The position numbers and the translations under genes are program-made. The notes below the pieces were generated by a model that was not told the origin of the DNA, ran no database searches, and saw only the letters and a program-made list of their open reading frames with translations. From a virus (Duplodnaviria > Caudoviricetes), in the IMG/VR virus record IMGVR_UViG_3300044513_002309, positions 1-41,775 of that record: a DNA stretch of 41,775 bases. One strand, written 5' to 3'. Shown here in pieces: positions 9,626 through 17,919 of the stretch; position 1 is the stretch's first letter; each line of letters begins with the position of its first letter.

Positions 9626-9664
9626 TATCTTCTCCTATCATGTTCGCTATTTACAGATGTTCGT

Positions 9665-9693
9665 AGTTTACACTACTATGTTGCTCGTGTCAA
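9665..9693 (-). promoter_or_regulatory. ssb proximal promoter
   Basis: TTGACA-17nt-TAAACT. Confidence 0.65.
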
Positions 9694-9755
9694 TACTTGC
9701 CTTTCCCCGATGCGGTCGGTGTGACCACATCGGGGTCGGGTGTATCAGCAAGCAA
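9694..9755 (-). ncRNA. candidate small structured RNA or ssb leader
   Basis: Consensus promoter immediately upstream; 13-bp stem 9705-9735 inside an outer CUUGC/GCAAG helix. Confidence 0.4.
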
Positions 9756-9760
9756 TTGGT

Positions 9761-9789
9761 ATTATAGTCTACCGCTTCGGTGCTGTCAA
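9761..9789 (-). promoter_or_regulatory. consensus sigma-A promoter
   Basis: TTGACA-17nt-TATAAT. Confidence 0.85.
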
Positions 9790-9853
9790 TACCTAGTTTA
9801 CGTCTTCCTGCTATATTGGACCCTACTGGCAGAAGAACAAGAAACGAAAGTAC

Positions 9854-9882
9854 TTGATCGAAAAAATTTATGAGACTAGACT
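9854..9882 (+). promoter_or_regulatory. sigma-A-like promoter, leaderless
   Basis: TTGATC-17nt-TAGACT-6nt-ATG(9889). Confidence 0.65.
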
Positions 9883-9888
9883 AACAGC

Positions 9889-10092
9889 ATGTCTGAAAAC
9901 GTGTTAGAAGCCAAAGAAGCATTATTTAACTATTTCGTAGATATGCTCGTAGATTTGTCCGATCCAGAGGATGACGAAAGAGACATGGCCTACGACGACA
10001 TGGTGCAAGTAGTAACAATTCTATTTGAAGGACTAGACTTAGAAGTAGTCAGTGAGAAAGACGGCGTACTACAAGTACAAATCGCTCTTTAA
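9889..10092 (+). CDS. small acidic hypothetical protein
   Basis: 67-aa ORF with its own leaderless promoter. Confidence 0.7.
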   Translation: MSENVLEAKEALFNYFVDMLVDLSDPEDDERDMAYDDMVQVVTILFEGLDLEVVSEKDGVLQVQIAL

Positions 10093-10683
10093 GTGATGAC
10101 CTATGTGTGATAGGAAGTGCTTACGGCACATGACACGGTAGTCTACATCATCGGCGTTATCAACTACTGTTTCGCTTCCGGCACTGGCATTACGCCCACC
10201 CAAATACAATGCGTTATGTGTGGCCCGATCACCGCACCAGCATCTCATCCCGTTGTTGACATGAACGATTCGGTCACATAGTTCGATAAGACGCTTGCTT
10301 GCTGTAAAAAGTTCACCTTTGTATGAAGTCAATAGGCCGTAGGCGTATACCTCTATGTCTTGAACATCCACCAAGTGGGCTAGTTGCTCAATTTGAGAAA
10401 TACTAAAAAACTGTACTTCATCTACAAAGACGTATTTAATTTTATGGTCGGTTTCTTTTTCTTTTTCAGAAACTATGTCAATGATGTCCGATTCATCTGT
10501 GATGCCACACGACAAAGCAATTCCACCCATACGGTTAGTGCACACTGATTCGCCAGATCGGTCGTTTTTGTTTAGCAGCAAAACCTGACCGGGAAATGCG
10601 TCCTCCATATTGAAGTGCGATTGCAAGAGGTGTGTGGTCTTGCCTGAAGACATCGTTCCTGTGAGGAAAGTTAAGCGTGGCAT
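10069..10683 (-). CDS. tdk: thymidine kinase
   Basis: GTMSSGKT, VFVDEVQF, YGL...F..S.RL, CWCG...CRKH zinc lasso; ATG 10683. Confidence 0.92.
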   Translation of the reverse strand: MPRLTFLTGTMSSGKTTHLLQSHFNMEDAFPGQVLLLNKNDRSGESVCTNRMGGIALSCGITDESDIIDIVSEKEKETDHKIKYVFVDEVQFFSISQIEQLAHLVDVQDIEVYAYGLLTSYKGELFTASKRLIELCDRIVHVNNGMRCWCGDRATHNALYLGGRNASAGSETVVDNADDVDYRVMCRKHFLSHIGHHLKSDLYL

Positions 10684-10684
10684 G

Positions 10685-10903
10685 TCACTCCTGTTGGGCG
10701 CTGTTCCATACGGAAGAGCGGTCGGGGCGGTAAGTTGGGGATACTGTATTCGGAACGTTTTCAAAACCTGATACGCCGGGAACTGAGTATACTTTCTTGA
10801 CTGGGCTTTCACATTCCGGGCACTCTGTTAGAGAGTCCTCTGAGAAGGTTTGAAACACTTCAAAGACCCCACAGGTCTTGCATTTATAGTCGTATGTAGG
10901 CAT
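10685..10903 (-). CDS. FmdB-family zinc-ribbon protein
   Basis: MPTYDYKCKTCG...CPEC...KKVYS; leaderless (TATAAT-7nt-ATG). Confidence 0.85.
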   Translation of the reverse strand: MPTYDYKCKTCGVFEVFQTFSEDSLTECPECESPVKKVYSVPGVSGFENVPNTVSPTYRPDRSSVWNSAQQE

Positions 10904-10990
10904 GTCTTTTATTATACCGCTTGATTGACTTTTGGCAAGCCCTCTCCACGGTACAATAGTACTAGGTGTTAGTGGTAAGTGGGGTATTTT

Positions 10991-13585
10991 ATGCTGCGTA
11001 CAGGCAGAACCTACAAAAGAATGGCTAAAGCAGCGCTTGTGTGGGTTTTTGCACTAGCGTGGTTCGCTCCTGTCCCAGCAGCCGCCGCTTCATACACAGT
11101 TACCGAAGAATCTGACTGGTACTTTGAGGTCTCGGAAGACGCTACTAATGTTGTCATCTACGGCAACTCAAACAGTTCTTGCACCCAGTTGACATCTGAC
11201 CCGTTCTTGTGGCTGTACGACTTGTCAGGCACAGTACTCGCATCAAATGATGACGGTAACCACAATGATGAAACGCAGTGTGTTTCATCAAAGATCGACA
11301 CAACGCTAGATGCTGGCGTCTACCGTCTCCACGCTGGATACTGCTGTAGCCAAAGAGGAAACGGTTACGACGGTGGAGAGTACTCCCTTGTCACTGATCT
11401 AACGCTCGCCACAAACTTCAGCACCTACAACGGAGTCAGATTCTCTTACACCCCCGCATACATCGAGCAAACAATTGACGTTTCTTCGTATGCGGGAGAG
11501 ATTGATTCAATTGTTGTCACCCCTCTTGTTAAGCGTTCCTACGATGTTAACGACTACGTGGCCACACAGTATGCCGCTTACGACTCGGCAGGTAACTTGC
11601 TACAAGGTAACCTGACAACATCAGCACCTACTTCTTGGGTTGAAGTCGGGTCTGGCTGGTTCCAAGCCTCGGTGTCTACTAACGTTCAAGATTCGACAAA
11701 CTGGGATACTATAAAGATTCGTATTTGGGCTAAAGACGGTGAAGGATGGGGCGGCAACTATGGCACCCAGATCAAAGAAGTTTCGTTTCAAGCGAAACTA
11801 GATGGCTCGGGAGTGTGGACTGATTTAACAAGCCTACTCACCAACCCATACTTTAACTCAATCAACAGTAACTCACCGCCGAACGGTTGGACATCAAACG
11901 TATCATGGGACACATGTCAAGGACTTACCTCGCAGACCCTGTGTGGCTTTGTTGTAAACACTTGGACTTGGGCCACTCCTGCCACGACGACAACTACCAC
12001 AACGACCACGACGACAATTCCTCAAACGATAGGCGATCCTACCAACTTGACTTTAACGGTTGACTACTACAACGGCACGGTGAAGGCCGACTGGGATGCC
12101 CCAACTGACGGAAACGTTGATCCAGAACGTTATGCTATCGGGTTTGGCCTGAACGACGATGGAAACGCTGGACCGTATGGTGTGGCAACTGGTAACGTCG
12201 GAGACGAAAACGCTTTAGTTACTGAGTACACGTTCAGTGCTTCTTACATTGAGCAGTTATTCAACGAAGCGCACGGTTTGTTTAATGTTCAGGTCCGTTC
12301 GGACAACGACACGGACGCTTTGTACTCTAGTTGGACATCCGTTGCCTCCACGTCCATCATGAATATGCCCGACGTGGTTGACAACCAGACTTACGAGCGA
12401 GATGACGCTACTGGCGACCTCACTTTTAGTTGGGATGCTTCTAGCGACGGCTTTGTTGATCCTACGCATTATAAGATCGCTTGGAATCAACTTGGCAATC
12501 CGTGGGAAATAGATGAGTCTAACATTACTTACACTCAAAACATTTCTTCGACTTCTCACACAGTTTCTTACGATGACTTAGGTAGTGCAACGTGGTTCTT
12601 TAACATTCTTGCTTGCGGTTCTGAAAATGATTGTCACGTTGGTGAGACGATGGAAATTCAAGTTTCGGAAGGCACTCCTCCGACAACCACAACTACCGTT
12701 CCACCAACCACAACAACTACTACGACCTTGCCTCCAACCACGACCACAACCACTACAATACCTGTAACGACAACAACGACGTTGCCGCCAACGACTACGA
12801 CGACGGTAGCGCCTACAACAACGACAACGGAGGCACCGCCATCAACGACGACGACAACCGTACCGGCTACGACGACTACGGTAACCCCGACTACAACTAC
12901 ATCCACAAGCACTACCACGACAACCACCACATCGTCCACATCGTCCACATCGACAACGACTACGACAACAGTCGCCCCCACTACGAGTACAACAACGAGT
13001 ACGACGATCCCGAGGACGCCGCCTACAACAATCACCGTGCCGCCGACGCTAGAAGAAGAACGAGCGGCTGAAACTAAAGTAGAGTTTGAAGAACTTGGTA
13101 TTGATACTGAGGGCGTTGACTTAATCGAAGTTGATGAAGCGGAAATTAAAATTGTTGAAGAACTGGACGAGTTAGATGAAGAACTAGCCGAAGAGTTTTT
13201 GGATGTTGTTGACGGCGATATCACTGTTGAAGAGATTGAAAGCCTTGTCACTGACGAAAACTTTGATGAGATTTCTGACGACGCTAAAACTATTCTTGTC
13301 GCTGCTGTCAACGAAGCAGATGATGAAGTAAAACACGAGTTTGAAAACACCGTAGATATTTTTGATGACGAAGCCTACAACGAGTATGTCGCTGAGGGGT
13401 CTACTGTTGACACGGAGACTCGTCGTACAGTTGTTGCTGCTAGCGCAGCCGTAACTGTTGCTGCCGCTGCTGCATCTGCTGGTCCTTCTGGTGGCGGTGG
13501 TTCTGGTGGCGGAGGTGGAGGCCCCGGAGGCGACTCTGGTGGCGGAGATAAAAAAGGAAGTTCTAGAAGAAGAAGGTCTCGGTGA
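10991..13585 (+). CDS. secreted/membrane-anchored mucin-like protein (signal peptide, PPC-like, FBA-like lectin, 2 FN3-like, Thr-rich stalk, acidic domain)
   Basis: Hydrophobic signal ending in AAA; DPFLWLYD..NDDG; KDGEGWGGNYG; WDAP and FSWDAS; long Thr tracts; C-terminal Ala/Val segment, Gly run and basic tail. Start uncertain (10979/10991/11021). Confidence 0.8.
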   Translation: MLRTGRTYKRMAKAALVWVFALAWFAPVPAAAASYTVTEESDWYFEVSEDATNVVIYGNSNSSCTQLTSDPFLWLYDLSGTVLASNDDGNHNDETQCVSSKIDTTLDAGVYRLHAGYCCSQRGNGYDGGEYSLVTDLTLATNFSTYNGVRFSYTPAYIEQTIDVSSYAGEIDSIVVTPLVKRSYDVNDYVATQYAAYDSAGNLLQGNLTTSAPTSWVEVGSGWFQASVSTNVQDSTNWDTIKIRIWAKDGEGWGGNYGTQIKEVSFQAKLDGSGVWTDLTSLLTNPYFNSINSNSPPNGWTSNVSWDTCQGLTSQTLCGFVVNTWTWATPATTTTTTTTTTTIPQTIGDPTNLTLTVDYYNGTVKADWDAPTDGNVDPERYAIGFGLNDDGNAGPYGVATGNVGDENALVTEYTFSASYIEQLFNEAHGLFNVQVRSDNDTDALYSSWTSVASTSIMNMPDVVDNQTYERDDATGDLTFSWDASSDGFVDPTHYKIAWNQLGNPWEIDESNITYTQNISSTSHTVSYDDLGSATWFFNILACGSENDCHVGETMEIQVSEGTPPTTTTTVPPTTTTTTTLPPTTTTTTTIPVTTTTTLPPTTTTTVAPTTTTTEAPPSTTTTTVPATTTTVTPTTTTSTSTTTTTTTSSTSSTSTTTTTTVAPTTSTTTSTTIPRTPPTTITVPPTLEEERAAETKVEFEELGIDTEGVDLIEVDEAEIKIVEELDELDEELAEEFLDVVDGDITVEEIESLVTDENFDEISDDAKTILVAAVNEADDEVKHEFENTVDIFDDEAYNEYVAEGSTVDTETRRTVVAASAAVTVAAAAASAGPSGGGGSGGGGGGPGGDSGGGDKKGSSRRRRSR
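12673..13045 (+). repeat. Thr-rich low-complexity tract (ACN codons)
   Basis: PTTTTT units built from mixed ACN codons. Confidence 0.9.
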
Positions 13586-13596
13586 AAGGAGGCACC

Positions 13597-13821
13597 ATGA
13601 AAGAAAAAATTAAACTAGCAGTTGGAGCCGTCCGTCGAATGGGTAGAGAAATGCTATACCTTGGATGGACTTTAGCAGGGACGGGGTTAGTGTTAATCAC
13701 ACTTTCTTCAACCACGTTAAAGCAAGGAATATATATTTCCTTCGCTGGTCTTGCATTCCATCTGGTGGGTACTGTATTAGACTATGTAGATGATGAGAGA
13801 AGCGATGACAGCGACGACTAA
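13597..13821 (+). CDS. small 2-TM membrane protein
   Basis: Two hydrophobic segments; SD AAGGAGG. Confidence 0.75.
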   Translation: MKEKIKLAVGAVRRMGREMLYLGWTLAGTGLVLITLSSTTLKQGIYISFAGLAFHLVGTVLDYVDDERSDDSDD

Positions 13822-14056
13822 ACTTATTTGGAATACTGCCGGTAGAATTTTCGCCGTGTTCTTGATGAATGCTATGGCGATTATTGGCAGTTCAAGCCTT
13901 ATTGGTGGTATTGAGCCGTGGAAGGCTGCTTTCCTTGCTGGCGCTACGGCGGCGGCTACGGTGTTGCAGAAACTTGCTGCGGCTTATGCTGATGATGGTA
14001 AGGTTACTGTTGACGAGATTGATGCAGCGTTTAGTCTTTCGCAACGTAAAAGTTAA
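13790..14056 (+). CDS. holin-like membrane protein with an EF-hand-like DDGKVTVDEID tail
   Basis: Two hydrophobic helices; cluster context; start may be 13805. Confidence 0.55.
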   Translation: MMREAMTATTKLIWNTAGRIFAVFLMNAMAIIGSSSLIGGIEPWKAAFLAGATAAATVLQKLAAAYADDGKVTVDEIDAAFSLSQRKS

Positions 14057-14159
14057 GATAATATTTACATAAATGTGCTCTGATGGACGCATATTGCGTA
14101 TGGTAGAATATTAGTAAGGCAAATAGCCTTGTAATTATCCCCTAACAAGGAGAATACTT

Positions 14160-14357
14160 ATGGATATGAGCATCTACAAGCAGGTTGGAGAACGTGCCCT
14201 CATGACATTCGCCCAGACATTTCTGGCTATGTTTGTCGTGGCGGATCTGAGTTCAGCCAAGGGTGCTGCGACGGCTGCTGTTGCCGCCGCCCTTTCAGTG
14301 GTGAAGTCATTCGCTGCTACCAAGGTTGGCGACAAATCAACGGCTTCTCTCGTCTGA
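14160..14357 (+). CDS. holin (r1t-like)
   Basis: ERALMTFAQTFLA...AAALSVVKSFA...ASLV; SD AAGGAG. Confidence 0.75.
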   Translation: MDMSIYKQVGERALMTFAQTFLAMFVVADLSSAKGAATAAVAAALSVVKSFAATKVGDKSTASLV

Positions 14358-14408
14358 GCGTAGTGCCCGTATCGCTTGATTAACCACCTAGCGATACACT
14401 AGTATATG

Positions 14409-14497
14409 GTTGTTAGCGGGATTGGCTTTTGCTCCTTTTGTGTCGTTCCCTAACAGGGAAGAAACCCCGGTCACTTAGGTGACTGGGGTTCTTTCTT
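14409..14497 (+). ncRNA. candidate anti-SD-loop sRNA ending in an intrinsic terminator
   Basis: Possible promoter TTGATT-18-TAGTAT (14376-14405); hairpin 14411-14455 with loop UUUUGCUCCUUUUGU; terminator follows. Confidence 0.45.
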
Positions 14498-14499
14498 TC
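14463..14499 (+). terminator. intrinsic terminator (12-bp stem)
   Basis: AACCCCGGTCAC-TTAG-GTGACTGGGGTT followed by CTTTCTTT, between convergent units. Confidence 0.75.
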
Positions 14500-14779
14500 T
14501 GCGGGTACGTTTTTGTGGAATGTGCTTCAATCGTTCAATCTGAATAGAACGCCATTGACCGTGACCATGCGACCCTCCCCACAGATCAATCCACTCACTC
14601 TGCGGGTCTAGGTTTGTGTTGACCACGTGGCGGATGAACTTGTACTTGCCTTGCTCGCCTTTGATGCGGCATTCATCCCCTTTGGTAAGGACTACTTGCG
14701 TCGATATTTGGTATGAGTCAGATACAACCCATCCTTCTGGCGGGCCGACAGGTTTGGTTGCTTTGAGTTTTCTAGCCAT
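14471..14779 (-). CDS. hypothetical protein of a type seen in actinophages (SH3-like)
   Basis: GDECRIKGEQGKYKF..HV...EWID..GG...WRS; SD AAGGAGG; promoter TTGACA-17-TATCCT at 14804-14832. Confidence 0.75.
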   Translation of the reverse strand: MARKLKATKPVGPPEGWVVSDSYQISTQVVLTKGDECRIKGEQGKYKFIRHVVNTNLDPQSEWIDLWGGSHGHGQWRSIQIERLKHIPQKRTRRKKEPQSPK

Positions 14780-14828
14780 AGTAGTTTCCTCCTTAGAAAT
14801 GAAAGGATACTACATATGATAACGCCTG

Positions 14829-15803
14829 TCAAATAGATGCGTAGATTGTATCGGCAATTGTCTCTCGGATTTCTTCATTTTCATCCAAGAACGCCTTCGT
14901 GTTGGCACGGCCCTGTCCAATGTTCTCACCCTTGTAGGCGTACCACGCACCCTTTTTATCAAGGATACCCATCTCTACAGCAATGTCTACGATATCTCCG
15001 GTGCGGCTGATTCCTTCACCGTATGAAATTTCAAACTCTGCCTGACGGAAAGGCGGGGCGCATTTGTTCTTCACAACCTTAACTCGTGTCTTGTTGCCAG
15101 ACGCTTCTCCACCATCCTTTAGTGTTTCAATGCGGCGAATGTCCATTCGGACTGACGCATAGAACTTAAGTGCCTTGCCACCAGTAGTTACTTCAGGTGA
15201 ACCAAACATTACGCCAATCTTTTCACGCAACTGGTTAATCATGACGAGTGTGGTCTTGGAGTGGTTTAGATTCGCCACAATCTTTCGCATGGCTTGGGAC
15301 ATAAGACGTGCGTGAAGACCAACGTGACTATCTCCCATCTCGCCATCAATTTCTGCACGAGGCGTTAGCGCCGCAACTGAGTCCACAACCACAACGTCTA
15401 GAGCGCCCGACTCAATCAATTTGTTCGTGATTGTCAGGGCCTGCTCGCCGGTATCTGGCTGCGATACGAGAAGATCGTCAATGTTGCATCCAATTGCCTT
15501 GGCGTACACAGGGTCTAGTGCGTGCTCTGCGTCGATGAACGCACACTTACCGCCGTTCTTTTGAGCCTCTGCGATAATGTGAAGTGCAATAGTTGTCTTG
15601 CCGGAAGACTCGGGGCCGTAGATTTCTGTAACCCGTCCACGAGGTACGCCTCCAATGCCCAAAGCCAAGTCAAGGGCGATAGAGCCAGTTGAAATAGTTT
15701 CAATCTGCATAGATGCAGCATCGCCTAGGCGCATAATACTTCCAACACCAAACTGCTTTTCAATTTGACCTAGGGCATCTTCAAGAAGTTTTTCTTTATC
15801 CAT
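14829..15803 (-). CDS. recA: recombinase RecA
   Basis: [40 protein letters not shown]. Confidence 0.98.
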   Translation of the reverse strand: MDKEKLLEDALGQIEKQFGVGSIMRLGDAASMQIETISTGSIALDLALGIGGVPRGRVTEIYGPESSGKTTIALHIIAEAQKNGGKCAFIDAEHALDPVYAKAIGCNIDDLLVSQPDTGEQALTITNKLIESGALDVVVVDSVAALTPRAEIDGEMGDSHVGLHARLMSQAMRKIVANLNHSKTTLVMINQLREKIGVMFGSPEVTTGGKALKFYASVRMDIRRIETLKDGGEASGNKTRVKVVKNKCAPPFRQAEFEISYGEGISRTGDIVDIAVEMGILDKKGAWYAYKGENIGQGRANTKAFLDENEEIRETIADTIYASI

Positions 15804-15809
15804 AGTGGT

Positions 15810-15838
15810 ATTGTAGGCTTTCGGTGGCTTAGAGTCAA
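15810..15838 (-). promoter_or_regulatory. recA promoter, leaderless
   Basis: TTGACT-17nt-TACAAT-6nt-ATG. Confidence 0.8.
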
Positions 15839-15859
15839 GGGGGCTGATACTATATCTGT

Positions 15860-16225
15860 ATGAGTAAGCGTGGACCGAAGCGGTTGGTCACTCAGGCGGT
15901 GCGCTTGGGTGAATATGGGCAAACTAAATGGCACATTGAATTAGAGTGTGGGCACTCTACTAGTAGTGTGCGTAAGCCTAAGGTGAGCGAAGACCGTCTC
16001 TGCTGCAAGACGTGTATTGCTCCGCCTGCTCCTGTGCCTCTTATGGAGGTACTGTCCGGGGACAGAGAAGACCGTGACTTCTTTGCCCCTTACGACCCTA
16101 TGGAGGATATCAGGGTACGAGCGGCTATTGCTTCTAAAGTTGGTGTACCAATGGATCAGGTAGAACTTGTTAACGGGACAGCAACTGTATTCTTAGATGC
16201 TCAGCAAGTTAAGCGATTAGTGTAA
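15860..16225 (+). CDS. hypothetical protein with an LECGH...CxxC zinc-binding motif
   Basis: 121-aa ORF divergent from recA. Confidence 0.65.
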   Translation: MSKRGPKRLVTQAVRLGEYGQTKWHIELECGHSTSSVRKPKVSEDRLCCKTCIAPPAPVPLMEVLSGDREDRDFFAPYDPMEDIRVRAAIASKVGVPMDQVELVNGTATVFLDAQQVKRLV

Positions 16226-16541
16226 GGTAGACAACTATCTGCAAGTAGTGCAGTGCTTGGTCCGGGTAGACGTACCAGTAGGGCTTTGGCTTTCCAGTTT
16301 TCCACGGAAGATACTGGTAGAAAAATGCGTCTGTTAACCAGTGCCCTACAGCAAAATATGCAAACAGCCAAGGAGTGACTGCACCGCCCAACCAGTATAT
16401 GGTTCCACATATGACCCCCGTATACACCATGACATGCTCGTAAATTGCGAATAGTCTTTTTGATTTAAGTTTTATCAACCAGTCAGGTTGGAGTGCAACA
16501 TCCGCAAAGTGGTGTGCCGCTAGAAGCCATATTAATCGCAT
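16209..16541 (-). CDS. DUF3307-like membrane protein
   Basis: AHHFADVALQ, H, HWLTD, DQALH motifs within TM helices. Confidence 0.75.
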   Translation of the reverse strand: MRLIWLLAAHHFADVALQPDWLIKLKSKRLFAIYEHVMVYTGVICGTIYWLGGAVTPWLFAYFAVGHWLTDAFFYQYLPWKTGKPKPYWYVYPDQALHYLQIVVYLTLIA

Positions 16542-16951
16542 AGTAAATCATTTCTAATCTTGGTACTACTAACACCTTCTGTGTATTCAGTAAACTGAAT
16601 CGGTATGTCTAATTCTAGGATTGTGGCCTTTCCCGGAAAGTCATAGTTGTCGTTTCCTCTTATGAACACAAACTCGTGGGCGGGGTAATTGTGGTATGCT
16701 TGCTTAAATGTTAATCCGGGGTCATCTGTGTGCGTGACGAGAACGTCATCCGCCAGTCCAGTTATTTTCAAGTTGTTAATTCTTTGTTCCAGTGATTGGA
16801 TAGGTATTTTCTCTTTGATTCGCCAGCAAGACTCGTCAGAATGTAAGACTACAACTACCACGTCAGCGCTTGACCGCATATGCTTCAGCAGTTTTATATG
16901 GCCTTCGTGACATAGGTCCATGATTGCAGCAGTAAGTGCTACTTTAGCCAT
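16532..16951 (-). CDS. TagD-like cytidylyltransferase
   Basis: DLCHEGH (HxGH), HSDE, RGND, GVSSTKIR; ATG 16951 with GGAGG SD. Confidence 0.85.
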   Translation of the reverse strand: MAKVALTAAIMDLCHEGHIKLLKHMRSSADVVVVVLHSDESCWRIKEKIPIQSLEQRINNLKITGLADDVLVTHTDDPGLTFKQAYHNYPAHEFVFIRGNDNYDFPGKATILELDIPIQFTEYTEGVSSTKIRNDLLCD

Positions 16952-17472
16952 TTTGTTTTTCCTCCCGGATTTGGAATACGCCATGTGTCATACCAGTCGG
17001 TAAGATAACCGTCAATGTCGTTGGGAACACTGAAATCGTAGCCTAAATAATTTTTTGTTGTAAGGGGGGAAACTAAATGTTTTGGCCTGACCAGATGCCC
17101 ATCTTCTTTTATGTTGATTAGTAGCCCGTCGTCGGTAGGGTGCGGCCACCAATGTAAAACGTCAAATATGATATGGGTTTCTTTATGTACATAAGCCGCC
17201 TGCATTGGTCGGTCTCCGTCACTGACAACCCTTCCGGGAAAGAACTCATCTTCTGGTAGCCTTGATCTGTCCCAGTGCCCTAATACGGCAATATCTAAAT
17301 CTGTGTCATGTGGTATAAACTCGTTATCTCGCTCTAGCCCTAGTAGTGTTCCTGCTGATAACCAGTATTGATCTAGGAACTCTAGCCCACGGAGGAGGAC
17401 TTCCGTTACGGGCTTTCCTTCTAGGGGCTGTAGACTGTGCTGGTGCCATTCCAGTTTGATCTGCTCGTACAT
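16939..17472 (-). CDS. LicD/fukutin-family nucleotidyl/phosphotransferase
   Basis: WLSAGTLLGLER...FIPHDTDLDI; VP...YL..WY..WR.P. Confidence 0.88.
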   Translation of the reverse strand: MYEQIKLEWHQHSLQPLEGKPVTEVLLRGLEFLDQYWLSAGTLLGLERDNEFIPHDTDLDIAVLGHWDRSRLPEDEFFPGRVVSDGDRPMQAAYVHKETHIIFDVLHWWPHPTDDGLLINIKEDGHLVRPKHLVSPLTTKNYLGYDFSVPNDIDGYLTDWYDTWRIPNPGGKTKWLK

Positions 17473-17499
17473 GGGTTTATCTTACTCGTTTTTGGCAAT

Positions 17500-17919
17500 A
17501 CTGTCCCTCCCTTTCGTGTGGTAGTTGACGCTATCTCACGAGAGGTTGGGACGAACCCAGTAGTTATATTCAAGGCTGTTCACTTCATGGACCCCAAACA
17601 CCGCCTATTTTTTCAGCGATGCCCACTCTCCCTAGATATGGCTCTAGTTGCCCGTGTGCCGGAACCGCATGGGCGTTTGCTTGTTCCGAACCTGTTCCTC
17701 AAGGCTTGATGTTCTCCGTGCAGTGACTGGCATCCCGTCAAGGATGTTGTTCCAGTGTATCGTGTGCTTCATATCGTTCCTCTTTGGGCAGGCGTGCCCG
17801 AGTATGTATTCAAAGTACCAGTTGCGTAACGAGTGTAACCCTCCGGTCCTTCAGTGAACGTTTATGTCATCGGGATTTCCCGGTTGCAGTCTTTTGGTAG
17901 TTGGCTCCTTTTGTAGTTT
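17500..17919 (-). ncRNA. candidate large multibranch structured RNA (~400 nt; ends approximate)
   Basis: Promoter TTGACA(17954)-17-TACCCT(17926); long-range helix 17845-17859 with 17578-17593 enclosing several hairpins; no convincing CDS. Confidence 0.55.

Noticed and set aside
9700-9750. CUGAU...GAAA suggesting a hammerhead ribozyme
   Set aside because: The core reads CUGAUAC rather than CUGANGA, and the stem geometry does not fit.
12658-13350. 230-aa Val/Ser-rich minus-strand ORF
   Set aside because: Antisense shadow of the Thr stalk and acidic domain.
17519-17529. GTCAACTACC on the minus strand, like the 5' end of HEARO/omegaRNA
   Set aside because: No following omegaRNA stem and no iscB, tnpB or tnpA nearby.
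17545-17560. GGGTTCGTCCC, T-arm-like, suggesting tRNA or tmRNA
   Set aside because: No acceptor stem, CCA end or tag reading frame could be built.
17644-17772. 42-aa ORF MKHTIHWNN... with a GAGGA upstream, resembling the deacetylase N-terminus MQHTIYWNE
   Set aside because: Similarity covers only 8 residues and the ORF lies inside nested RNA stems; kept only as an alternative to the ncRNA model.
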